A stretch of 64,000 nucleotides of DNA, taken from NCBI RefSeq assembly GCF_964204645.1, contig NC_134029.1, positions 12,116,850 through 12,180,849 of the forward strand, written 5' to 3'. This document shows positions 24,532-38,700 of the stretch, in pieces. Origin of the DNA: Tubulanus polymorphus. Taxonomy: Eukaryota; Animalia; Nemertea. The translations under genes were made by a program, and so were the position numbers. The notes under the pieces are model-generated. The model was given only the letters and a program-made list of their open reading frames with translations, was not told the origin of the DNA and searched no databases. Within the stretch, counting starts at the first letter, position 1, and each line of letters opens with the position of its first letter.

Positions 24532-26494
24532 TACGTATCAATACCAATTTACAAGGGCTTCTCGCAATGCTATGCTAGGCTGTATGGGATACCACAGGAA
24601 TTTCCTGTGGTAGGCCTATCCCATACAGCCATCTCACGCAACAGCTCAGCGTTCGTTCATAGCATTGCAAGAAGCCCAATATTCAATCAAATGGACAATG
24701 CAAGACTATAATCTCGTGTGGATATAATTAGGCCTACCGGTAGTTGGACAGTATCTACTAGGCCTTCCCTATATTATACTACATCTAGACCTTAGGCCTA
24801 CAGCTTCAAACTACACAAAGGTAAGATAAAATACCTTTAATTTCGTTCCTTTCTCCGTACTTACCCAAAAACTAACATGCGAAACACCAAAATGGCGCGC
24901 AGCTATACATGAGTATAGGAGAATCTATCTTTCAGTTTCAGTGTCTCTGACACCTCAACATAACCTGTGTCCTAGTATCAAAAATAGGTAAATGTTAGCA
25001 AATATTGCGAAAGCATGTACTTTGGTGTACAAGATGGTGATATTTCCATATGTATACAACAATCAGTTGCATGGCAACAAGCTACCAAGTACATTATATA
25101 CCATGTACAGGTCCTGAGCAGAAAATATACGCTACCATCGAATCTTTAAACTAATAGGCCTACCACAAGAAACTGGTACTACCGATTTTAAAACGGATTT
25201 TAATAGAACTTTAAATAAGCTTTCATATGAGGGGCAACTTGCCAGGGGTTTGAGCACTTTGAAAAAACCTATGCCGGTCGCTATTACTAGAGTGAAAGCT
25301 TTATAGACTGAACTTGAATAATTATTTATATTATTTATAGGTAATACTCGTTTTTTATAATTATTTATGTTCAATTACCTACCGCTCTGTTCTAAATCAA
25401 CATAATCTCCCCAGTCACTGTCCTCTGGGTCACTGAAATCCATCTGGACCCTATCTATTTTTCCTCCATTTCCGAGTCAGAACCATCATCGTCTGATGGA
25501 AAATTATTATTTTCATCGCCACTTGAATAATCAAATGAATCATTCAGTCCTAAGGCATCCAGAACACCACCAACATCGACAGTTCTTTTGTTTTGACGTT
25601 GCGCCATAATTTATGCTTATCCGCTGATTGTCAATCCGCAAAACAATGACAAACTTGCAGCGAAACTGCGTTTTTTTTCATATATATATGAGCCATCCAC
25701 GTTCCCGTCTCGACCCGTTACTGTCTCGACCCGTTCCCGTCTCGACCCTACCGTACAATAGCGCCACCACAGTCGATTATTTGAACTAAAACACTACGGC
25801 GCGTATCGGATTCGTTTTTCGCATGTGAACCTACCAACAATTTTAAAAAATCAAATTAGATTTTTGAAAACTTTTCATTGAAAAGATCGAATGATGGAAA
25901 CGGTATAAGCTTAAGTGCAGATCCGCACCTCCCCGCGTAAACGGTTCAATCAATTACATTTAATATCAACACGTATTTCAGATTCAAAATTCAGCAATTC
26001 AGTGGTTTGCCATTGGTTAATTTTTAGATATCTTCACTAGAAAGATTTTAGCCTGGATTCTGTCATTCAGCAGATTGCGTCAATCACGAGAGGTGTGGAT
26101 CTGCACTTACCAAGAAAACGCCTCCAATGTCAACAGAAGTGAAAATTCAAGATGCGAAGTAAGCAATTTCCCGTCGAGATTTCCTCCCAGAAATAATATA
26201 TATTTACTGGTAAAGCTAAACTAGTTTCAAATATAATCTTGAATGAATTACACGAGTGTAATTATTTTGGTTTCTAAAAAATAAAATCAACTTTCTTTAA
26301 ATCTCTCAAACCGTTTTTTTCAAAAAACGACCCGGCCCGGGGCATTTTGTTTGGGGCATGTTTATTGCCATTAATCAATTCGAATTCATCAAATTTATGA
26401 AGAAAATTAATGTCTGAATTTTGCAAAAAAAATAAAGATGATTGTTAAATTCATGACGCGTTATCTTTCTCTACAGATCCCGTGGGTCTTTCTC

Positions 26495-27853
26495 CATGGA
26501 CCCTATGTTCCTGTCTCGACCCTTCAAAACCTGTCTCTAGTCTCTACACAGTCCCGTGGACACTATGTTCCTGTCTCGACCCTTCAAACCTGTCTCTACT
26601 CTCTACACAGTCCCGTGGACACTATGTTCCCGTCTCGACCCTTCAAATCTGTCTCTAGTCTCTACACAGTCCCGTAGACACCATGTTCCCGTTTCGACCC
26701 TTCACACCTGTCTCTACTCTCTACACAGTCCCCTGGACACCATGTTCCCGTCTCGACCCTTCTAACCTGTCTCTAGTCTCTACACAGTCCCGTAGACACC
26801 ATGTTCCCGTCTCGACCCTTCTAACCTGTCTCTACTCTCTACACAGTCCCGTGGACACTATGTTCCCGTCTCGACCCTTCAAATCTGTCTCTACTCTCTA
26901 CACAGTCCCGTGGACAGGTACTCTATGTTCCCGTCTCGACCCTTCAAATCTGTCTCTACTCTCTACACAGTCCCCTGGACACCATGTTCCTATTGGGGTG
27001 ATAAATTAGTAGTTTGCATAGAGGGAGGGAAGCCAGAGTTCAGGGCAGTGGCTGAAGTTAGTAAACAACCTACGTAGATGCTTACGTCGCACACAAGACA
27101 CTGAATAGAAGATAGGTGAAAGTGACGTGAGTATCTGCGTAGGGTTGCTGGTTATAGCGGCAGCCTTGAGCTCTGGTATGGCTAGGAAGTAAACAAGTAA
27201 TAAACTCGTGACGTATAACATATGTAGAAGTATACGTCACGAGTAACATGATATAAGATAAAAAGGGAGGGTCAGCACAGTAAGGGGGAGAGAGATGCTA
27301 GAGTGGCGGAGAAGCCTAAAAATACGAGCTGTAGGAAGGAATAAGAATTGTGCGGGAAAATAAAGAAAGAACGTAGACCCACGAGAAGAGTTGTTATTAT
27401 TCCGGAGTCAGAGGGATATCACTTATCGGATTAATCGGAACCAACAACGACAACACGAGGGGAGAACGCAACGTGACCCCACAACAATTGGTTGAGAAAC
27501 TCAACTCCACAACATTGTTGGAGAACCGAAAGCAACCCCACAACATTCCCGTCTCGACCCTTCTAACCTGTCTCTAGTCTCTACACAGTCCCGTAGACAC
27601 CATGTTCCCGTCTCGACCCTTCTAACCTGTCTCTACTCTGTACACAGTCCCGTGGACACTATGTTCCCGTCTCGACCCTTCAAATCTGTCTCTACTCCCT
27701 ACACAGTCCCGTGGACCCTATGTTCCCGTCTCGACCCTTCACACCTGTCTCTACTCTCTACACAGTCCCGTGGACCCTATGTTCCCGTCTCGACCCTTCA
27801 CACCTGTCTCTACTCTCAACACAGTCCTGTGGACACCATGTTCCCGTCTCGAC
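26495..27853. repeat. 59-bp satellite (CCATGTTCCCGTCTCGACCCTTCACACCTGTCTCTACTCTCTACACAGTCCCGTGGACA)n, interrupted by a solo LTR
   Basis: Tandem copies seen directly; reverse-complement array at 29618-30645. Confidence 0.95.
26991..27545 (+). mobile_element. Solo LTR (Gypsy-like), 555 bp, 4-bp TSD
   Basis: Interrupts a satellite unit with TTCC duplicated on both sides; termini TATTGGGG...CCCCACAACA; TATA-like motif ~27252 and AATAAA ~27359. Confidence 0.7.
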
Positions 27854-28369
27854 ATTTTTAGTGGACACAGGTTTAGTGAAGCCATTAAGATGGTGTTACG
27901 TATCTTGTATCAAGATATTTCGATATAAGTAATGATTTGTCATTCACGATTTGTCGGGCTACAACAGGCAGAAACAAGAAAATTAATTTTAGAAAATTAT
28001 TTGACGCCTGAGAAAAAAGTGTAGAATTTCTGGGCTAAGCTAATGTGGAATTGCAAATTTGAAATCGAAGTTTTAAGAAATTTGGGGAATGATGAGATTT
28101 GGCGATTGGGTAGATGATACAGGTCTTCGACTCTAGTAGTGGTTTAAATTTTTTTATTGAAAATTCTCAATAATTGATCGCGAACTTGCGACCGACTTCA
28201 TTTACTTATGCCTCTAAGCTGGTCTGCAACTTCATTGCCTCCATGGATGAAGAAAGAGCTCTTCTGATGTCTGCTTCATCATGACTTCGAGCATATCGTG
28301 TGGCCTAGCCAGCCGGCCCGGTCCCCGGGCCCGGGCCACGGGTTTGGCTGTCACTCGATATCCTAGAGT

Positions 28370-28556
28370 CTTGAGTCTGGGTGGGTTGAAGTAGACATTG
28401 TCATTTAAAATATCATGCTTATGTTGTTCTGTATGAATTACCCGTGTGTCATGTATGTTGTATTAATTTATTTCAAAATTTGTATTTATTGAATTTGGGA
28501 ATTTTATCCCGGAATTTCAATGTAATAAGGATCAATAAAGAATTGAATTGAATTGT
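28370..28556 (+). mobile_element. Probable 3' end of a 5'-truncated non-LTR retrotransposon
   Basis: T-rich 3'UTR-like tract ending AATAAAGAATTGAATTGAATTG (polyA signal + microsatellite tail). Confidence 0.4.
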
Positions 28557-29617
28557 CACCTAATACACATGCCATCAGAGGACGCGGAGCCGTATATGAC
28601 AGCTATGCTATTATAAATTGCTAATCTCACGAAACTTGCATACTCCTAATATCAAACATATTTTCACAAACGATTGAATATTGAAATTATATGTTTACAC
28701 ATTTTCATATTGACCGCTTGTAGCCGCTGATGAAATTCACGCCGGCCCTACACACATCGTAGATAGCTTCGTCATTCCACCGGCATGCCCACGTCAGGGT
28801 CTGACTTTTATATCAGACTTCTGCATCGTGTATACATCCGCCATTTAACCGAATAATCCGATTTACTTATCATTTCTATTTATGCCTGCCGCTTCTGATA
28901 TAATCATACATCCTTTACTTTTACAATACGTCTTCTAATGATATTTAATGCAATATAACATTTCGACGTTCAAATATAGGTCATTATATAATCACAGGAA
29001 GCCATTCTACATCTATGTCAATAATATTTTGCCAGATAGCTTGTTTGTGTACACATAAACCTGTGACGTTTTGCACATCGATTTACGGCTGTCGTTTGTA
29101 AAATGACGCTGAATGGTTAGCATTGTTTAGGTTTCATAATGGTAACGTTTTATAAGGCGTCAAAAAAAAAGAAAATTAAGATGAGAATGAAAGCCTTTCG
29201 TATTGAAGACCATGGGATTCAGCCAAGGAACATTGTAGCCTAGTTATACTTCTGATATACCTACCGAATTATCGATTATCAAAAATCTAGAATTTCGACT
29301 ATTAGGACAATGTCGGTTGTAATCTTCTGGTTCTTTGAGTTCGTTCTAATGAGTTTTCATTGTAATGTGTATGGTGCATATTCCTGAAAATTTCACTGAG
29401 TTTGATTGAAAATTGTAGAAATTTTCCTTATGTATACATGTATCAATATTCAGTCCGTCGGCATCGATTTTGTAGATTTCTCATCTTTTTAATCAATGAA
29501 TATTCGACCAATTTTAATATTAATTTCCATCTTTTTTAAAGGCTCGTCCCACTGAGTGGAAATATTACAAGCCGATTAGATATGTCAGAGTATCCCAGAA
29601 ACTGTCTAGAAACGGAT

Positions 29618-31447
29618 GTGAAGGGTCGAGACGGGAACATGGTGTCTACGGGACTGTGTAGAGACTAGAGACAGTTTTGAAGGGTCGAGACGGGAACATG
29701 GTGTCTACGGGACTGTGTAGAGACTAGAGACAGTTTTGAAGGGTCGAGACGGGAACATGGTGTCCACGGGACTGTGTAGAGAGTAGAGACAGGTGTGAAG
29801 GGTCGAGACGGGAACATGGTGTCTACGGGACTGTGTAGAGAGTAGAGACAGATTTGAAGGGTCGAGACGGGAACATGGTGTCCACGGGACTGTGTAGAGA
29901 CTAGAGACAGTTTTGAAGGGTCGAGACGGGAACATGGTGTCCACGGGACTGTGTAGAGAGTAGAGACAGGTTTAAAGGGTCGAGACGGCAACATGGTGTC
30001 CAGGGGACTGTGTAGAGACTAGAGACAGGTTAGAAGGGTCGAGACGGGAACATGGTGTCCACGGGACTGTGTAGAGAGTAGAGACAGGTGTGAAGGGTCG
30101 AGACGGGAACATGGTGTCCAGGGGACTGTGTAGAGACTAGAGACAGGTTAGAAGGGTCGAGACGGGAACATGGTGTCCACGGGACTGTGTAGAGAGTAGA
30201 GACAGGTGTGAAGGGTCGAGACGGGAACATGGTGTCTACGGGACTGTGTAGAGAGTAGAGACAGATTTGAAGGGTCGAGACGGGAACATGGTGTCCACGG
30301 GACTGTGTAGAGACTAGAGACAGTTTTGAAGGGTCGAGACGGGAACATGGTGTCCACGGGACTGTGTAGAGAGTAGAGACAGGTTTAAAGGGTCGAGACG
30401 GGAACATGGTGTCCAGGGGACTGTGTGACTAGAGACAGGTTAGAAGGGTCGAGACGGGAACATGGTGTCCACGGGACTGTGTAGAGAGTAGAGACAGGTG
30501 TGAAGGGTCGAGACGGGAACATAGGGTCCACAGGACTGTGTAGAGAGTGGAGACAGATGTGAAGGGTCGAGACGGGAACATAGGGTCCACGGGACTGTGT
30601 AGAGAGTAGAGCCAGATTTGAAGGGTCGAGACGGGAACATGGTGTGGGGAACAACGTGATCTAGAAATCAACGCGTCATAAAATTGAACAAGATCTTAAT
30701 TTTTTTGCAAAATTTATACAATAATTTTTTTTTCATAAATTTGATGAATTACATTTGAATTGATAAATGGCACAATGAAACATGTCCCAATTAAAATGCC
30801 GCGGGCTGGGTCGTTTTTAGGAACATGGTTTGAAGGATTTAAATAAAGTTGATTTTATTTCTAAGAAACCAAAATAATTCAACTCGTGTAATTCATTTGA
30901 AATTAGTGTAAAGCTTTTAAACAGTGAATATATTCTTCCCAGATTCTGGGAGGAAATTTCGACGGGAAATTGTTTTTCGCATCCTGAATTTTTACTTTTC
31001 TTCACATTGGAGGTGATTTCCTCATTCGATCTTTTCAATCAAAAGTTTAAAGAATCTAATCAAGTTCTAAAAATTGTTGGGAAGTGTCACTGATCGTTCT
31101 GTGAAAACCGAATCCGATACGCGCAAGTGTTATGGTTCAAATAATCGACTGTGGTGGCGCTATCGTACGGTAGGGTCGAGACGGGAACGGGTCGAGAGAG
31201 TAACGGGTCGAGAGGGGAACGTGGATAGCTCATATGCAACTCTTTTTTTTTCTGAAGTTTTCAATTAAACATAAAATGGCTGATGTTGAAAGATGTGAAA
31301 CTGGGTACCAATCCAATCCAATTCAATCTAGCGTTACTCTGAGTAGCTTCGAATCCCACTATTATCTCATACCAAAAATATCGGTGCTGGCATTTCGGTG
31401 AGGAATCGGCAGACCGAATATTTCGGTAGAGGCACTTAAAGGGTTAA
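29618..31447 (+). mobile_element. Non-autonomous piggyBac-like element with 59-bp satellite, inverted relative to 25680-27853
   Basis: Satellite 29618-30645; 30660-31232 is the diverged reverse complement of ~25685-26470; right end GCACTTAAAGGG|TTAA is a piggyBac-type terminus. Confidence 0.7.
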
Positions 31448-31449
31448 AG

Positions 31450-32365
31450 ATGAAGAATAAGAAGCCTGAAAAAGTGCATATTGCAGGAAGTAGTTGGCAA
31501 AGATTTACAGTATTGATCCAGAAATGAGGCGAGGCATTGCACCTAGCAGGAGTTATATTAATTTTGGGAATTCCGGCATGAACCCTATGTTGTAGGTAGT
31601 TTACAGGCATATCTTAACCTATACCAGACTTCATGGACATCGAGACAACAAAGCTTGTTAAGTAAATCAATAAAAATGTGATAGCTAAGCCACTCTGATC
31701 ATAATTGGTAATAAGAAAAACATAATACTCACAAAGAAGATTTAAAAAAATCGCATTCCTGCTGATGACGTTTTATACTCATCGGCATTGTTATAAGGAG
31801 GGTCAAATTCAGGCATTGTCCAGTAAGTGTGCATCAATATGTGCTTTGTAATTGGATGATTAAAAAATTATTATTTATGGCATGAAGGAATCGAGTAAAG
31901 GAATCAAGTCAGTTTCCTACTAATACAAAACTGACAGGGCAAACGAATATTCACCCACTCAATTAATTTAGTATAAACAAAGTGAGCAAGACGAAGGTAA
32001 CAAATTAATAATGCAACAGTTGAGTAACTAAAAAAGGTTACATATACACTTAAATACACATATTAACTATTCAGATATATGTTACAGTTATTTAAGCTAG
32101 AATAACTAGGTTGAGTACAGTTTTAACTTATGTTGGAAGTGGTTTGAATAATTGAATCAGTTTCTTCTTGCCATCTTTTTTGTCAATCCCGATGACGCGG
32201 CCATTTGTAGTCCAGACTTTTTCATAGAGTTTGGAATTAATTGATTCGTGGACAAGCGACGCAATCTCTGGGCAAATATCCTCTCTTATGACGATATTGG
32301 TGCCTTTAAGAGCAGAACGTTTTTTGAGAATGCGATCTCTATCACTTCGATTTAGATAACGAACT
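31450..32365 (-). mobile_element. LINE remnant: ORF1 C-terminus and probable start of ORF2
   Basis: - strand translation DRDRILKKRSALKGTNIVIREDICPEIASLV..VWTTNGRV resembles CR1/L2-group ORF1 ends. Confidence 0.6.
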
Positions 32366-32759
32366 ATGATTCCGTCAGGTAATTTTGGCTCGAATTAGCT
32401 GTTCGTATGCTTAATACACTATGCTCAAAGCTATTTTTAGCACTCTCAAACGCAATTTCAGTAGCCTGTAATTTCACTACTAATGGGCGAATTGAATGCA
32501 TTAAGCAAAAATATCGTAATTGATTCTTTAAGTTGAAAGCCGTGGGTTTCATAGTTTTTGAGAAATTTACCAAAAAGTTTCAAAAATTCGATTTATTTGA
32601 GCACGTTTTTTATGCAGCATCGTTAACTGTCCAAAATAACACATGTGAAAATTCAATGCTATTCGGAAGAACTTCATATTGCCAAGATCCGACGCTTTTT
32701 CGGTAGTTATGGGCTTTCAAAGACGAAACCCCCCAAAATCTCGGTTATGGATTATTTGT

Positions 32760-35700
32760 GTTACACAGGCCTACATAGGCTAATAGCCTTTACGAGGTAA
32801 AAGCTAAGTTCACTGTAAAGGAGGAATCAGGTTTATTAAAATGCATGTTAATTAGTGATTTATTGTTTCTGACTTGCAATGATCAATCACAATTTTATAG
32901 TATTTCGATTAATCGAACAGAATTGTTTTCATTCCAGCATTCGTTCGAGCGAAATTGTTTTCACTCAAACAAAATTTTTGTCAGGACAAAAAGATTTTCA
33001 TTTCAACAATAACATGTTATTTTTTCGAACAGATACATTATTTCATCGAAGCATTTTTCGTTCCTAAAAGCAAAATTTTGGTGAAACTAAATAGTCTTTT
33101 CATTATAATATCGAGTAATCTTTATTCAAACAAAATAATATTCTCATTCGAACATAAAGAATAATCTGAATCTGAGTTTTCTTTGTATCCAATATTCATA
33201 TCAAGCCTTTTAAGTTGAAGCCCATCATCCATGTTTCCGTCATGTACGGCACACAGCTTGTTTAGGTCGTTTTTGAAATTTACTCGGTCTGGTACATTTT
33301 GGTTTACTGAGTATATGTCATTTAACAGGACAGTAAAGAGAAGACGACTTAGGATACTACCATGTGTGACTCCACTAGTTAGACCGACTTATTCCAAGAT
33401 GAGGCGTTCCGTTGATTTCGGCCACCTGTTTTCGTTCAGATATAACTGCTGAGCCATTTGAGCGACCTATCATTGATAATGTTTCTTAGTGGCTTGTTTA
33501 GCAATGGCTGATATTGTACCTTATCAAAGGCTTTGTCAAAATCCATAAAGACTTATTATGACCTACAGTCTACAGCCTACTGAGTCAGGTAGGGCCATCT
33601 GGTCCAGTTGTCCATGGTTTCAAGTAGGTCTATTTGACTGTTTGTCGACCTTCCTTTTATAAAACCGTGTTGACCGTTGAACAAGATTCTAAAACTGTGC
33701 AGAAAACCTGTTATCGCAGCTTTGCAGCGATATTTAGGGTTTTCTGTTTCTTCACAGAAAACCCTATTGAGATTCGCGTGTTTCTTATTATTAGGGTTTC
33801 TGCTGCTGTTTCTTATTATTAGGGTTTCTGCTGCTTTCGCAGAAACGCTCTTGTATTCCTGTTGATTATTATTATTATTTATGGTCCACTTTCCAGCCAA
33901 AAATTTTTCATAAAATGTAACTCCTCTCAGATTCGACTACCAACAGCTTATAAACGTATTTTAAATTCTGTCAGAAATATAACTCAGCGCCTGACCATTT
34001 CGAATTTGCGTATAGTAATCTATTATGAATTTATCCGGCATAATTACCGGGTCTAAACAGCGACAAGAATAACGCAAAGAATCGTCATCCATTGATAAAA
34101 GTGCACCCCGAAAAGCCTAAAATTTACCGCACGACTTTGAGTCAAAAGTAAATCACGGAATCGGACTAACAATTATTCCGGATCCGTCATTTCCCACGAA
34201 CGATAACTACAGCCGGTGCGTAATAAGTGTCTTATGAATGAAACATGGCGGATGGTTGAAATCATTTTCGGCTTAAATTTATCGCGAGTTTTAGGATATT
34301 AATGAATTTCACGAAACCATGATCCTTAAAACGAGTCAATTGGTTAATTCTATTCGTAAATCAATTTACGTTGGCTACATTTCATGAAGATTTTTGGCTC
34401 GATACAACGTAATATGGACAGAAATGGTAGGAATTTTCATACGGAATTTTACTTCCGCGTTCACTCGATGACTCAGATCGATGACAACGACAGCAGTTTT
34501 TACGTAATTTAAGGTGAGAATCCGTTAACCAGGGAATGTTTTACACGATTTCTTTATAATATTAGTTCATATGGTAGCAAATGAGTACTCGGTGAAGCAA
34601 TGATCATTGTTGGCCAGCTACTTTACCTAGCTTTTCTGGGGGGATACACCTAGAAGAGGCCGTAAATGTAGTGAATAAAGACAGTGGAAAGCCTAAGTTT
34701 ACACTTATGTGTAGGACTATTTATTTCGATTACTTTCTTTCCAGCTATTATTCGTGGAATGAACTGGTCACTGCGGTCTTCAATTCCTTTGCCGGTTCTT
34801 GCTGGTGGAAATAAATTTAAACCACAGTGTGCTAGTGTACGTTCCAAATCAACCTTTTTCGTTATTGTCGTAACTTAAGCGCAACTGTCTCAGATGCTCT
34901 AAGTTCTTGATGTTTTATGTAATTGTTATTTTTTCAGTTGCCATGTTTACAATATTTGGATAAGTAATCAGTTATTATACTTTCTTTCACTCCTCTATGA
35001 TATTATATAACCGAGTAATTATTACATTTCATTGCTTAATTACAGGTGGAAAGAGGTCAGATGGCATGAAAATCGACTGTGGTTGACTAATTGGTGCGAT
35101 TAGATCAGGCGTTGATGTTTCAAAAGGTGTAGCCAAAAAGCTTGTATCATCAGGGAGTATACAAATATCCGAAGATAAATGAAAACTTCACCTCGTTGAT
35201 CATCAGTTGATTTTGCTGTAATTTTTTGGCACGTCATTCAGTTCAAAATCTGTGTTCAGTAGTATTTCTTTCAATAAAATGAAAATTTAATTGACTTATT
35301 TTTATGTATTCAAGTTTACACACTGAAAAACGTTGGGCTGTTGTAAGTTTAATTGGGATAAGTTAGCAATATAATGACCGCCCTCGCCCGCTGCATCTGA
35401 GACATGAACAAGTTGGACTGTGTTGCTTTGATGCTTTGACAAACGGACTCCTAAGCAATATGACCTGCCAAATCAAATGTAAATTAAGAAAGAAAACAAC
35501 ACAATTGATCAGTCAATGCCTTGCGTCTTCAAAAACATTTTCCCGGAAATATTTCTTTTTCTGGCCACCACCTGCCTCGACAAGCGACGTTTAAGTTGAT
35601 ACAACTGCCACCGGGGGACCATATCTTCAGTATCCTCAAAGCCATTTTGATTAGACTTGGTTGGTATATCGGTACTCTTTACATAGTAGCCCATTTGGAT

Positions 35701-38700
35701 CCACATAATCCAGCATATTGTTGACCCAGGTTGCGCTTCTTGGAAATAGTCCAATGTTATGGATGGATTTGAATAATTTCGATGAAATCTTTTTTTGTAC
35801 GCTTCCCATTGCAACATATGAACCAGTTAGGCAGAAACCCGTTATCGCTGCTATGCAGCTATATTTATTATTATTATTTTCCACACTTTTTTTGTCAAAA
35901 GTACATAGGCTTTTTTACATTACTGCTGTTGCCGATGCAATCCGTCTGATATCATCCAGCTCACTTCGATCTACAAATACTCCATGCGTATTTTGAAGTT
36001 CAAACGTTACAAAAGCACTATCGGGCCGTAAACATTGAAAATTGAGCCCCATTCAAAGAGCCGACATGTTTTTCTAAGTCGTCTTTCAAAAATCTACCGC
36101 ATGTTTCTTGTCACGTCGATTATCAATTCAAGCATAAATTAAAAAATTTATTACCCAAAGATTGCACATTCAGCCGCGGTTTTTAAAAAACTTTTTTAAC
36201 AATAGCCCATTTTACTCATCAAATCATATTACCGAGACACAGGAAATTTACTACTTTTGATTTTAAAAGCACTGTCGAGCCGTAAACATCAACTAATCGA
36301 TGTGTGTCGCTACATTGTCGTTCCGGGGATCAGCCTCTCATCAGCCTCTCCTCATCATGAGAATCAAATCGAGTACAAATTGATTTATTCCTACCTGTGA
36401 TTTGGCCACGGGCTTCAAGCAGTTGGTTTAACAATACATTTTTTCTTTACCAAATTAACCGTGTATTTACTAAGATTAATCATTAGTGTACCGGGGAGTC
36501 GTAGGCCTAAACTAAACACGCCAAAGAGATATGGCGGAGGAAAGCTGTTGTGTCGACGAAGTATCAAAATAAAAGAATTTATTACGTTATTCGGCCGCAG
36601 GCTTCAACCTCTATATCAATACCATCAATACTCTATATTTCCTACAGTACAAACCGATCATTGTCAAATGCACAAGGTATTTACTAAATACAAGTAACAC
36701 ACTCTTAACGCACTCTTATCCGTATGCTGGACTCACACTTGACATTTGGAGTAAGTGTTCGTTGTGGGGGAAAGGAGATCGTTCGCTGTGTCGCTTGAAG
36801 TGTTTATCGAGTTTTACGCGACCTTAAGGCTTTTGGCCTACCGGTACTGAGCTTTACTGTCTCAAACAAACACAGTGTAATTGTTGCGTTTATTAACGGA
36901 CACATTGGATTGAACTTCAAAACAAAATTTACGATATTTAGGGGGGTTGTTATTCAATAGGCCTACGACCAATCTGTCCGGATGTTAGGCCTACGCATAT
37001 ACATAGGCCTACATAGGGTAGTAGCCTCTACTAGGTTAAAGCTAAGTTTACTGTAAAGGGGCATCAGATTTATTAAAATGCATGTTAATTAGTAATTAAC
37101 TGGTTCTGACTTGCAACGATCAATCACAATTAATTTTATTGGCAAAAATGAAGATTTTTTTGAAAATTTCGTCTCAGCCAACAGCTTTATAAGCCAGACT
37201 TTTCATTAGAGTTTTTTCATCATAAATGAAACTGGTATTTCATTAATTCCTATGACTTAAGCCGGGCGTAGGTCGGCAGCGACGGCTTGTGACTCACTGC
37301 GCCGCCATTCACTGCGACCGCCAGCGACGATTGTGTCGCAATGACTCATCGACCTACGCTCCCTTGCGACGAGTTGCGACTGTCAGCAACGCCAGTCACA
37401 AGGAGTCACACATGTTCTACTTTCTGCGACGCGACACGATTGTCACAATCAACCTATGCGCTCTTGCGTCCGGCTTTAAGTTACTGCAGAGCCCCACATA
37501 TATCTTTTTTTCGTTCTAAAAACCTTTCACTTGAAAATTCTTTTGTCTGAACAAATTTTATTTCGTTCAAACCAATAATGTTCTGTTCGATTGAACCAAT
37601 TTGAAAAAATCGTTAGAACAAAGTTGAACAAACTTTTTTTTGTCCAAACGAAAGCTTTTTCGTTCAAACAATCGTTCGATCGAACAGAATCGTTTTGATT
37701 TGAACAGAATTTTCTTGTCAGAACATTAAGTTTTTCGTTCGAACAAGTATATTGTAAAAAGTTTTTTCTCCGAACCAAAAGTATTAAGTTTTTCGTTCAA
37801 TCGAACAGAATCGTTTTCATTCAAACATTCGTTCGAAAAAATTGTTTTTGCTCAACCAAATTTTTTTGCCGCGACAAAAAGTTTTTCATTTCAACAATAA
37901 CATAGCTTTTTATTCGAACACTTTTTTTTTAGAATGAAGAAAAGTTTTGGTTCAAACAAAAAGCGTATTGTTCGATCAAACAGAATTGTTTTCATTCAAA
38001 CAAGATTTCCTTGTCGGAACATTAAGTTTTTTGGTCGAAGAGCGTGTGAAGGTCGTTTTGGAAATTTACTCGGTCTGGTATATTTTGGATAACTGTGTAT
38101 GTCATTTGTCAGGACATTAAACAGAAGACGACTTAGGATACTACCTTGCGTGACTCCACTAGTTAGACCGACTTATTCCAAGATGAGGCGTTCCGTTGAT
38201 TTCGGCTACAAGTTTTCGTTCAGAGATAACTGCTGAGCCATTTGGGCGTCCTATCATTGATACTGTTTCCTAATAGCCTGTTTAGTAATGGCTGATGTTG
38301 TACCTTATCAAATGCTTTGTCGAAATCCACCATTGAACAGGATTCTAAGACTGTGCAGAAAACCTGTTATCGCTGCTTTGCAGCTATATTTATTATTTCA
38401 TGTCACACTATTTTCACTAAAAGAATATAGGCTAATAGAATATATTCGATCTACAAATACTCCTTGCGTATTATCATGAATCAACGTTAAAAAAGCACTG
38501 TCGGGCCGTAAACATCGAAAATTGGGCCCCATTCAATGAGGTGACATGTTTTTCTGAGTCGTCATTCCGAAATCCACCGGAGGCTGCTGGTCACTTCGAT
38601 TATCAATTCAAGTGTAAATTAACAAATTTATTGTCGCAAGACGTCACATCCAGCCGCTGCCTTCAAACAGTAAATTTTAACAATTACCCATTTTCTTCAT

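Larger units (their letters stand above)
25380..27875 (-). mobile_element. 5' part of a piggyBac-like element: acidic N-terminal exon, upstream region, 59-bp satellite, degenerate terminus
   Basis: ATG 25607 (-) gives MAQRQNKRTVDVGGVLDALGLNDSFDYSSGDENNNFPSDDDGSDSE..., an acidic N-terminus as in piggyBac; same strand as the 19692-20010 fragment; end near 27875 resembles TTAA-CCC. Confidence 0.55.

Noticed and set aside
28303-28345. GC-rich palindromic patch GGCCCGGTCCCCGGGCCCGGGCC
   Set aside because: Short and isolated; no supporting context for a function
26438-30671. Many overlapping ORFs (MFPSRPF..., CSRLDPS...)
   Set aside because: Translations of the 59-bp satellite in multiple frames
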